DNA of 63,580 nucleotides, counting the filler, from Choristocarpus tenellus KU-1152 (lineage: Eukaryota; Protista; Phaeophyceae), in the NCBI GenBank assembly GCA_964200185.2. It is 13 parts of 13 records of this genome, joined end to end, with 100 filler letters (N's around TTAATTAATTAA, not from the genome) between each part and the next. Parts side by side here need not be neighbours in the genome. Positions count along the whole stretch, not along the records: positions 1 to 5,951 come from CAXNAD020009332.1; positions 6,052 to 9,148 come from CAXNAD020022340.1; positions 9,249 to 13,310 come from CAXNAD020016417.1; 10 more parts are not named here. One strand, 5' to 3'. Shown here one piece after another: positions 1 to 9,432 of the stretch (position 1 is the stretch's first letter; every line of letters begins with the position of its first letter). Both the position numbers and the translations under genes were made by a program. The notes under the pieces are model-generated. The model was not told where the DNA came from and made no database searches. It saw only the letters and a list, made by a program, of their open reading frames with translations.

Positions 1-96
1 CTTGCCCAGTGATTCGCTTCGCCACCCTTGCCTGAGTGAATCACGCCGCCACAGAATGACACGATTCACAAATATCTACCAAAAATCGATATAGTG

Positions 97-149
97 AAAA
101 AGTTTCGATACACCTCTCGATTTATGCGTGTCATCCATGCGCTGGGGCC

Positions 150-180
<31 letters not shown>

Positions 181-209
181 TACGGATGATCAACCGAAGT
201 TGATTCCAC
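97..209 (-). ncRNA. U6: U6 spliceosomal snRNA
   Basis: Reverse complement reads GTGGAATCAAC-TTCG-GTTGATC (5' hairpin), then AAATTGGAACGATACAGAGAAGATTAGCATGGCCCC..GGATGACACGCATAAATCG and a TTTTT end. The ACAGAGA box, AGC triad and Pol III terminator are all present. Confidence 0.97.
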
Positions 210-227
210 TCAGTAATAAATCATTTC

Positions 228-236
228 ATATATAAA
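228..236 (-). promoter_or_regulatory. TATA box of the U6 gene
   Basis: TTTATATAT on the minus strand about 20-27 nt upstream of the predicted U6 start, as expected for an external Pol III promoter. Confidence 0.6.
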
Positions 237-599
237 CTATAATAATCTCAATGAGCATTATCCACTATCTCAACAAACCTACTATTCATCACACACTAAA
301 ATCAATACAAAGTGTTCAAGAACATCACCTATTGGATGTGAATCTGATCAGTCAGTCTCTAACAGAACAAGCCCTCATCATCGAACGGTGAAGAAAATAC
401 TTCAAGAGTGCTTTTTTATACCAAGTGGGTTGATCTCAACTCTCACATTGCTTAAGTCGTCCATCAACAACCCACATCCATGGTCCTCGCTGATGGACCT
501 AGCACCCCAGGTAATACGTCAAGCATTCGAACTTGCCCTACAGGAGGGCATGGCTATCCTACAGGGCTTACACAGGATTACTTTTGCTAGGTCGGACCA

Positions 600-990
600 G
601 GAAGTGTGCTATGGTTCTGGAAGGACGCGCGGTCACCATAGTGTTCTAAAAGCAGGAGGATAGGATATACCGTGGTAACTACAACGGCATCTTATTGGTG
701 GAACATACTGGCAATGTAGTAGGTCTTGAGCTTCTTGCACGACGGCTGGGATATTATCGGAATGGGACAACAAACTTCACGAGGAACAATCCTGGCTTCC
801 AGCCCTGACACTTCACAGCGGACATAATGTACACTGAACGTGCCCTCTGAAAGCTGGGTCGAAAAATTTGGCCTTGTTGATGCGTTTTGATCGTCTGGAG
901 AAGGCGTGTGACTCTGTTGGTCGTGATCTCCTGTGGGTTGTGCTGACCAAATTTGGCGTACCAGAAGAGATTATTTCTACCATCCTACCC
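600..990 (+). mobile_element. Degenerate RTE-type LINE reverse transcriptase fragment
   Basis: Frameshifted pieces DAVTIVF..EDR..GNYNGILLVEHTGNV, EEQ..GFQP..TADIM and FDRLEKACDSVGRDLLWVVLTKFGVPEEII match non-LTR RT motifs (GNYRGISL; EEQCGFR; FIDLxKAYDSVxRxxLW). Confidence 0.8.
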
Positions 991-3060
991 ACCAATTTGT
1001 TGAAAGGGTTAACGGTAGACATGTTGGACTCCAAGATTGTGCGCATCTCGAAGCGAGAAGGAACGATTGTAAATAGGTGGCCTGCCAAATCCCCTCTCAG
1101 TAGCTGCAAGGCTTGCCGAGCGTGTGACAACACCTTGGATTGATAATATCTTGCACCGTACTAGGAATTTCTCTTCAATACTTGATTCCCTTCCACCTGG
1201 GGTTCCTTCCACCGGAAAGGTTTGCCGTAGTAGTCTTGCGACCTTTACTTACGATCTTTCCCGCTGCACCTAGGTTGATTTGGAATCCATAGTTTCACCA
1301 TGGCTGTCCCTCTGTGGCCCTTGTGCAAACCCTCAACCACGTGAACAAAGAGATGACTCGCCATTCCGGAAGGAACAAGAGGTTTATGACATACAGGCAT
1401 GCCCAAGGAACCTCTACAGTGCCCACAGGTGAGTTATGCAAATGAGGTCAAACAACAAACACAGTGTGTTCCTTCAATTGGACCGTGTTCATTGGTGAGG
1501 GTCTGGCTCATAACCCTGGACAATGTAGAGGTTGTGCACGTGTTAGGCCTGGTGAATATGCTTGATCGTACTGTCACGATAAGGTCGGCAGAGCTCACCA
1601 CAAGTGCACTCATGTTATCGATGATGCTCAAGAACAGCCTCTTCCACTGTAAGTGTATTAGCAACGAGAACCATGTGCAATATTCGCGCAATTCTACTAA
1701 TTTAGAGACACCTGTCGTCATCCCTTCTTGTTAGGCCGAGATGGACTCTGCTCACCACATGTCTACTGACTCTTCAACCAGTGTGATTTTCAGCCCAAGA
1801 CGGTTCAGCTGGCAGATATGTATGTACCCTCCTCCCCCTTCTCCCCTAACGGTATGAGATATAAGACAATGTATGGAGGCATCACATGTAGGTGAGGCCT
1901 TTGTACATAATACACACATGTGTGTATACAAGACATTACTCCATAGATCCAGGAGGGAAGGGGTATATCCCTCTTTCTCACAATTCCAACCTGTTGCCAA
2001 GACACTCCCTGGTTGCTGCTTCCTGTTGTTGACCCCAGGCAGGTTATGGTGTGCCCTCCCATTCACTTATAGAAAGGATTATATTTGCTAGTTGCTCGTT
2101 GTCCTCTCTGCCTATGTCCAGACTGTTCAATACCACCCTTGCTAGGCCTATGTCTGTGACCATTCCCTCTTCACCTCCAATCATAGCCCTGCCCCAGGCA
2201 ATTCCATCTTACCTTCCCACCATCAAGTCATCCAGATTATACATTCACATCTGCCCTGAGGAATTGACCTATTGGGTCCGACCCAGTCCCCACTCCATAC
2301 CGACACTGAACTGTCGTGGTGCCAAGGTGCACACCATCTCCAATACACGCTTTTCCCAACAAGTGGGGACAGAGTTATGTACCTATACACACCCTTCCTT
2401 GCACAAGCATCATGCATTTTATGCAGCATCAACAGCATCTGGAAAAATATACTGTCCAATACCAGGGGAAGATAAACTTTGTCTATGGGAGGTCAGACTG
2501 GTGGAGCTGAAGGCCCTTGAGCCAAGATCAGGTTACAGGGCGAGGTGACCGAATTATTGCTACCAGTAAAGGAAGAGTTGGGAGCTCGGTTGGCGGAGGT
2601 GGTGAAGCTGAGACTGGGGAAAAAACTGGTGCTGTGGAGCAAGCGCAAGGTTTGATTCTAAGGTGTCTAGAGCTGGGAAGACAATGGGTGCGTGGAAAGC
2701 ACACATTTGATTGTAGAACAAACGTGGATTGGTCCTGTTTTTTGGATGGTTAAAGCTGTTCTTTTATTTGCATAGTATTACCTTTGTAGAGTTAGTATTA
2801 ATAGAGGAGGCGTGTCTGTTGGTTGTTGAACCTGACAACACACTTCTATGATTGGAAAGTGGTCGTGAGTGTGTGCAGACTCTGGGCAGGGGGTGGAGGC
2901 AGAATTGCCTCACCTTTATCGGAAGAACGGTACTCTGAAGTACTCTGAAGTATGTTGTTGGCTTCTCTCTGTGATATATAGACAGTTCAACCCACAGGAA
3001 CTGATCTATGATGGCTTGTAAGGACTCCACCCCACGTTGGGGCTGACAGCTCTATTGTTT
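991..3060 (-). mobile_element. Highly decayed Ty3/Gypsy (chromovirus-like) integrase region
   Basis: Minus-strand fragments in the expected order: KVYLP..LHKMHD..G..Y..YW (zinc-finger region), HMVLVANTLTVEEA..IIDNM..DLIVTVRSSIFT (rve core), GP..-type motif, then EKFLVRCK (chromodomain-like). Many stops and frameshifts; boundaries approximate. Confidence 0.55.
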
Positions 3061-4070
3061 GTTTAAGTAGTGAGCATAAGTCCTGTCAAGGACCGCATAT
3101 GCTCCAAACATCAAATAATGCAAAGAGTTCAGCTATGTTAGGAAACCCTCCATGCTGTGTCTACAGGTAATACTCACTCTGAAATATGGTGTGAAGTATC
3201 CAGTATAGTTTGCTTTGATGACCATGGAGTACAGGGACCATCTTGTCGCTAACCCTCCCTCAAAACAGTTGTTGCATTGTTGCTTCCACATTTTTTCCCC
3301 GGTGTGTTTTGGTATATGGTGTATTGTAATATTCGAGTGTGTCGTGCGACCATCTTGAAATTTCAAGTGACCTTGGTATATCTTTCAGCTTGATCTTTTT
3401 GACAAGTGCTGTTGTGTACTACGCCCAGTATAGAGAGCAAGTAAACTATGCCACCCTTCTTCTCAACCCACCGTCCCCTGCAGTGCTCCTCACTCTCTTA
3501 CCTTTTTTTGTCCTTTTCATCCTACGTACAAATCCATATTTCTGACGGTATTAACTGCCAAGTGATGAAACTCAGGAATGAGCGCACTGGGGGAGGGTTA
3601 CGAACACATTGAACAAACAGCTTGAGAAAAAGAAGCGAATTTCCTACACACCTTTGGCATCACCAATGACTCCTTGTTGAAGAGGGGATGGAAGGGGGGG
3701 AAGTTGATGTCTTGGTAATCAATGCATGATTGACTCCTTAGGTGTTATCAATAGTTATGTGTGCTGGTGCTGACCATGGACATTTTGGGGGAAATTACCT
3801 GGACTCCCTCCTTTCTCTTGTCTCGCTTGCTGTCCACGTGTGCTTGTCTTCCTCCTTTCCAACTACATACCCCTCTCTTTTCCACACGCTTAAAGCATCT
3901 GAGGGGGGGTTGGCAGCTGTCCATTTGGGGCCCATTTTTCCATGTCACGATTTTTGGGTGATTTGGTTGCATGTGCAAGATGGATAATGTAGGTGCACTT
4001 CTCCTCGTCAGGGTCCAAATGGACATCCTGGTGTAGACCCCCCCCAAAAAAAAATCTTTGAGCTACACCT

Positions 4071-4371
4071 TGTTAAGCTGTCCTTGACGATCTGTTGTCC
4101 CACACAACCAGTTATATTGGTTATTAGCTTGTATCACACTTGAGAAGAGAGTGAGACACCATCACTAGATGGGGTTCACCAACCCTTATAGTAAATGACT
4201 CAAAAGTTCTCTAGCATACGTCAGAAACACTTTGAGTCTAACATTCCGCCAATTATTTCTGGTCAAATACCCCGCCTAAACATCCTTAATATCCCACAAC
4301 ATCGTCTGTGTGTACATAAAGTACTACTTCAAATCATATTATCATAAATGGTCAAGCATAATCTTGAAACA
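4071..4371 (-). repeat. Putative 3' LTR of the Copia element (~301 bp)
   Basis: Starts TGTT immediately after the polypurine tract and ends AACA at 4071. No second copy in the window. Confidence 0.6.
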
Positions 4372-5690
4372 CTCCCCTGCTCTGTCCATGCATCATGTAT
4401 CCAATGAACTCAATCTGCATACTACCCTTTATTCACAGTGTATGATAGTTCTAGCGTGGAATTCAAACACATTACCACTCACAGCCTTCGTGATCAAATC
4501 TCCATGTTGTTCACTAGAGTTTACATACACAATCTGTGCCTTCCTCTCCTTCACCAAGTTCCTAACATAATGATATTGAATATCTATATGTTTTGTCCTA
4601 CCCCCCGAAGCTGTCTTTTCAGTCAACTTGATTGCCCCACTATTGTCTTCAAGCAATTGTATACACAATACTTGTGCATAGTTGGCCCCAGAAAAAATTG
4701 GACTTGCTGCAAGAATATACCCTCCTTGGCCAAATCACACAACGACACATACTCAGCCTCAGTGGTAGATAAAGCAACAGTGTTCTGCATTTTAGAGCAC
4801 CAGCTCACACATAAACCCCAAACATTATCACGCCGCTAGTCACAGAAAATCTTGAAATCACATAATTGGCATAGTCTACATCAGCATAGCCAATGAGTTG
4901 GTCCCTAGGTGGAACACCATAAAACTGTAATTACCAATAGTCAAACCCCTCTTACTAGTCCTCAACAAATAAGCAATCACTCTTTCAGTCTCGTTCCAAT
5001 CCGTCACTGTCGGATTCACAAACTGCATTGCTAGACTTCTTACTGCTGATGCTACATCTGGCCTCGTCATGATTGATACCAATCATTTAGATACTATCGA
5101 TCATAGATCTGTAGTTATCTGGAACAGGGCCCTCCTGCTCCATTTCTCTTTCTCCTTTCAACCGTCCTACTCTCACCTTGGACCTCTGCACTCTACCCCT
5201 TTCATCCATCTGCCCCGGTCGAAAATCTTGTCCCAACTTAATGAGTAAGTACACTGGGTCTTCGAATGTCTGTTTTGGATGCTCATTACCCCGTCCACAG
5301 CACCATCCCACAAAGGTCACTCCTCTGACGCCATTGCCTCTCGCATTTTCAATTCCCGCTCAATTCCAGGTAACTCCTCCATTAGTTCGCCCGGTTCAGA
5401 TGTAAGGTCATTATTCGGATCCACATGTCGCAGCAATTTGTTCCTCACACTCCTCTGCTGTGACACTGGGTCCATATCACCAATGTCAGTGTCCAACTGC
5501 TCATCTAACTCCCTTTTCTCCATCACCAACCCTATTGCATTTCCTGCTACCACAGGACTTAGCAGAACTTTCTTAGAAGCATTTTGACTGGACTTATCCA
5601 TATTCCTACTCAGACCTGGTTCAACGTCCTCAGCCATCAAACGCCCTACCCCAAAATCCATGTACGAGGACTCTAATTTTTCAGTCGTAC
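4071..5690 (-). mobile_element. Truncated Ty1/Copia element (RT end, RNase H and 3' LTR)
   Basis: YRSMIDSI, TRPDVASAVRSLA..RVIAYL, SWCSKMQNTVALSTTEAEYVSL, EDNSGAI..RTKHIDIQYHYVR..EQHGDLITK. Followed by a purine tract GCAGGGGAG and an LTR. Most of RT is missing. Confidence 0.92.
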
Positions 5691-5746
5691 ACGTTGATCC
5701 CCCTCCCTAGATCAATAACTGCCCGTGCCATCTTTGGGGTGGGTCC

Positions 5747-5951
5747 TGTGCAAAATAGGACAATAGTGAGGTGTACCTTATTTCGTATATGAGATATGAG
5801 ATTGTGTTGAAATTAGATCCATGTGATGCAACTAATGAGATAGTACATCCGGATTATATATGGAATTATGTATGGGTATTCATTCCCTTTCGCTACTTTT
5901 AAATAGGTAGCGAAACACAAATAATAATAAACAAACAATTAGAAGACACCC
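5747..5951 (+). repeat. Partial LTR, same family as 7427-7740, cut by the contig end
   Basis: TGTGCAAAATAGGACAATAGTGA..AACTAATGAGATAGTACATCC..AGAAGACACCC is shared with 7427-7617. Confidence 0.85.
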
Positions 5952-6051
5952 NNNNNNNNNNNNNNNNNNNNNNNNNNNNNNNNNNNNNNNNNNNNTTAAT
6001 TAATTAANNNNNNNNNNNNNNNNNNNNNNNNNNNNNNNNNNNNNNNNNNNN
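5952..6051. other. Artificial contig spacer (first of 12)
   Basis: N44-TTAATTAATTAA-N44, giving stops in all six frames. Others at 9149, 13311, 17177, 20556, 23218, 26938, 30878, 37232, 41328, 46618 and 60900, each 100 bp. A separate 10-N gap lies at 35211-35220. Confidence 0.99.
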
Positions 6052-6674
6052 TAGCCCCCCCCCCCCCTCCGAGATACTTTGGGTCACAGCTGCTCTACCT
6101 TCATTCCAAGGTCTATTCTTTTCTATTCTTCGGACTCTTCACTACAACCTAATTCCCTGATCCAATACCATGCACAAAAACATTGTATTTGAATGATGTT
6201 TAGGCATTGATGGTGACATTTCCCACTTGAGATCTCAAGGAAAGTTTGTTTGACCTTGAGAATTCTTTGACTTCCCTACAACTGAACCAGGAGCACACAC
6301 ATGGACATTTGTAATTTTTATGATGGCATTAGGATGCTCTTGAGGATTTGGTCTCGATTGATTGATAGTATTTTTTCTTTAAACTTTAGAAACTATTGGT
6401 GTTTGTTGATAGCATGGACTGGGCTCATTTGTGTTTTATTCAGTCGAGTTTTTTTTGTTGGATGCGCATGTGTAAGTGGTTGCAAGTGGAGCAATGAGCA
6501 TGGTTGAATGCACGTATGTGTGTTGAACAGAAGTATGTGGAAACAACCTTTTCCCATTGTAGTTTGCAGAATATTTTTATTCTTGGATGCATGTTATCCA
6601 CGCGAGAGCATTGTGCATGGTATCACCTGTTATTCATGGAAGCTCAGCCTGTTTTTCTCCCTAACTTGTATCTG

Positions 6675-6743
6675 GGAGTTCACATTTTTGCAAATGGGGG
6701 GGTGTACAAGGGGGAATGGAAAGCTGGAGAGATGAGTGGGCAA
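6675..6743 (+). pseudogene. Isolated single MORN-repeat exon, probably dead
   Basis: 69 nt encoding GVHIFANGGVYKGEWKAGEMSGQ. Preceded by a pyrimidine tract and CTAAC, but with CTG instead of CAG at the acceptor; followed by a GTGTGT donor. Confidence 0.6.
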
Positions 6744-7426
6744 GTGTGTGAAAAAATACGGTGTGTATGGTCCCGAGGGTCAAGACTTAGTGTGGGGACA
6801 ACCGAGGTGCAATCCAAGCAGGGACAACTGAAGGATCCATTGAAAGAACAAGGCATGTCGAGATCAAGGTGAAATGCATCAGGGAGTATGTTGTTAAAAC
6901 ATTGGCTACTCACTCTCATTTGTTTTTCTTGATACGATACAGTACTGTCACAGGCACGCTCCAGAAACTTACCTCCACAGGATGGGTAGCTCCAATTCAC
7001 GGACTAACGAACGTCAGCTCAGCAGAACAGGGTTACCCTCAAATGAACCAATGAGCATAAGAGAAATGTATGTTTTCGATAACAGTAAGAGAGTGCTATA
7101 GGTGGGGTCTCTAGACCAGAAGAACTGAGCTGTTTGGAGCCGTTTTTAGGATCTCTTATCATCATTTATTTTTGGGGCTTCTTTTGGTTACAGATATTGG
7201 AATATATCTGAGAACCCTTGCGACCATTCCATCTGGGAACCCTTGCGACTTTCCCGCGTTGCTGATTTTATTCTGCAACTTTGTAGCAAATCGGAGTTCC
7301 CCCTCTTGGGGTCCCTCGCACGTATTGCACTGCTCGCGCCGGTTAATGCGCGGGAAGAAATTCTCGCGCCATTTGCCTGTAACAGTACCACCAGTCAATA
7401 CTGACTGTTGATTGGTCCGTCACGCA

Positions 7427-9087
7427 TGTGCAAAATAGGACAATAGTGAAGGTGTACCTTATTTTGTGTATGAGAGATGTAACTAATGAGATAGTACATC
7501 CAGATTATGAATGGGATTACGTATTGATTCTTATTCTGCATTCAACCACTTTGACATAACCGTTGACTTGGTAGGAAGCACAAATAATAATAAAACAAGC
7601 AATGAGAAGACACCCCACAAAGGTCACTCTTCTAATTTCAACCATATAACCACGTTCAGCAATGGGGAACCGTGTGAGGCTTCACACCTTCTTGTCTTCA
7701 CTACTGATAAATAGGATTACCTCCCAAGGTAAATTGCACAGGTTATGAGCCTTAGTAGTATTGAGACTGCCCTGAAGAAACTTGCTGTCTGGACGGGGGC
7801 CACCACAGGAAGTTCATTGGAGACCTGGTTGACTTGGCGACTGTCATTGATCGCCTACACTGGTGCAAAGGGTTTGTACGAGATTACGACAAGGGACTAC
7901 GAGATCTCTGAAGCACCCACCACCATCTCGGGAGAGGCAGTGCGTACGGCACATGCCAGACACACAAAGAATAACAAGGCGTTATGGTTCCTCCTTCTAC
8001 AAACGACGAAGGGGTCCGCATCGACAATTGTGGCGAAATACGAAAATGGGGGTCAACCAGATGGCAGAGGGGCATGGCTAGAATTAGAAAGAGTCAACAA
8101 AGGACGCACGGAGGACGAGATCCCTGTGCAGCTCAACAGAGGACGCGAGGAGGACTAGATTCCCGCGCAGCTCAACGGAGGACGCGCGGAGGACTAGATC
8201 CCTGTGCAGCTCAACAGAGGATACGCGGAGGACGAGATCTCCGTGGAGCTCATCACAAGACCCGACATAAACTAAAGGACGCTGAAATGGGCAATAGTCT
8301 CATCATCGTCATAACAACACAATGGATCTGCACCTTCGACAAAAATGGGAATCTGGAGGCTAAGGAGACATGGGATATGGTACGATCGATATCGAGCAAG
8401 AACTGGAGGTCAAGGGAGAAACATTGGGTATCTGGTGTGCCATGCAAAATATTGAGCCCTGGGACCCTGTGACAAGATTCTTGGTTACGGAATGAGAAAA
8501 GCAATTGCTGTACTTGCCACTAGGGGAGCAGGACATTAGCAGGGACAGTAACTAAGCCTCCACCAGAAGGGAAAGGAGGAGCTAATCGCGGGGGGCCTGG
8601 GAGCACTCTAGCCGCTGGGACCATAAACTCATGGAAGAGAACACAGAAGGTCAGCGGAGGAGGCGGCCAAGGTACAACTGGTCAACGTACGGACCATATT
8701 ACAACAGGATCCCCTTACCAGAGACGAGATCAGGAGCAATAGAAGATATTTAAACTGTGGACTGATCAAGCATATTGGTCCTTATTCTTTCAAAGGAATA
8801 TACTACAAATGTGGAGGTAAAGGACACCTTCAGATCGTTTGTTGCCAGAGGAGAGCGACACTGTCTAAACAGGCGGAGGAATTAGCTGGACCAGGGTTGG
8901 AGCCAGAAAAGAAAAACAGTGGAAGGTTGTCAGTAAAGGGCTGCAACATGTTCTACGATTCCTAGCGGGCACCATGAAAGTAGGGATACACTATCCTGCT
9001 GGTGGTGAAATGGACAATGGGGGCCTGGTCGGGTATGGAGACTTAGACTGGGGCAATGACACTGTTTCAAGACGAAGCGTGACGGGA
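7427..9087 (+). mobile_element. Internally deleted Ty1/Copia element (5' LTR, PBS, gag, RT/RNase H remnant)
   Basis: LTR 7427-7740 with TGTGCAA/TTGCACA termini; PBS GGTTATGAGCC at 7741; gag 7745-8158 with DGRGAW; decayed zinc knuckle YKCGGKGHLQIVC near 8800; then directly HVLRFLAGT..GYGDLDWGND..RRSVTG. Confidence 0.92.
8110..8252 (+). repeat. 39-bp tandem repeat (~3.6 copies) inside Copia gag
   Basis: Unit GGAGGAC(T/G)AGATCCCTGTGCAGCTCAACAGAGGACGCGC. A TAG in the second copy ends the gag frame. Confidence 0.9.
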
Positions 9088-9148
9088 TGAGTGAAAGTAT
9101 CTTAGAGGGTACGAGTTTTTCCCTGTTTGTCCATTTGGGACTTGGCTT
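9088..9148 (+). mobile_element. Left end of a MITE inserted in Copia, cut by the contig end
   Basis: AAAGTATCTTAGAGGGTAC.AGTTTTTCCCTG.TTGTCCATTTGGG.CTTGGCT is near-identical to 19131-19184. Confidence 0.85.
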
Positions 9149-9305
9149 NNNNNNNNNNNNNNNNNNNNNNNNNNNNNNNNNNNNNNNNNNNNTTAATTAA
9201 TTAANNNNNNNNNNNNNNNNNNNNNNNNNNNNNNNNNNNNNNNNNNNNCCTCTTTTTTTTTCTCTCAACCTAATTCCTCGCCCCGGACCACATGGTTGTA
9301 GCGTG

Positions 9306-9350
<45 letters not shown>

Positions 9351-9432
9351 GTTGTGGCAAGAAAGACAGTTATCATATTCTACAACGACCAATTCCCTTC
9401 CTTTCCTCCCAGGAGGATAATTCCGTCTCCAT

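Noticed and set aside
1-70. Degenerate ~27-bp tandem (CTTGCC..GTGA.TC..CGCCAC) with a small inverted repeat downstream of U6
   Set aside because: Only two diverged units at the window edge; too little to interpret.
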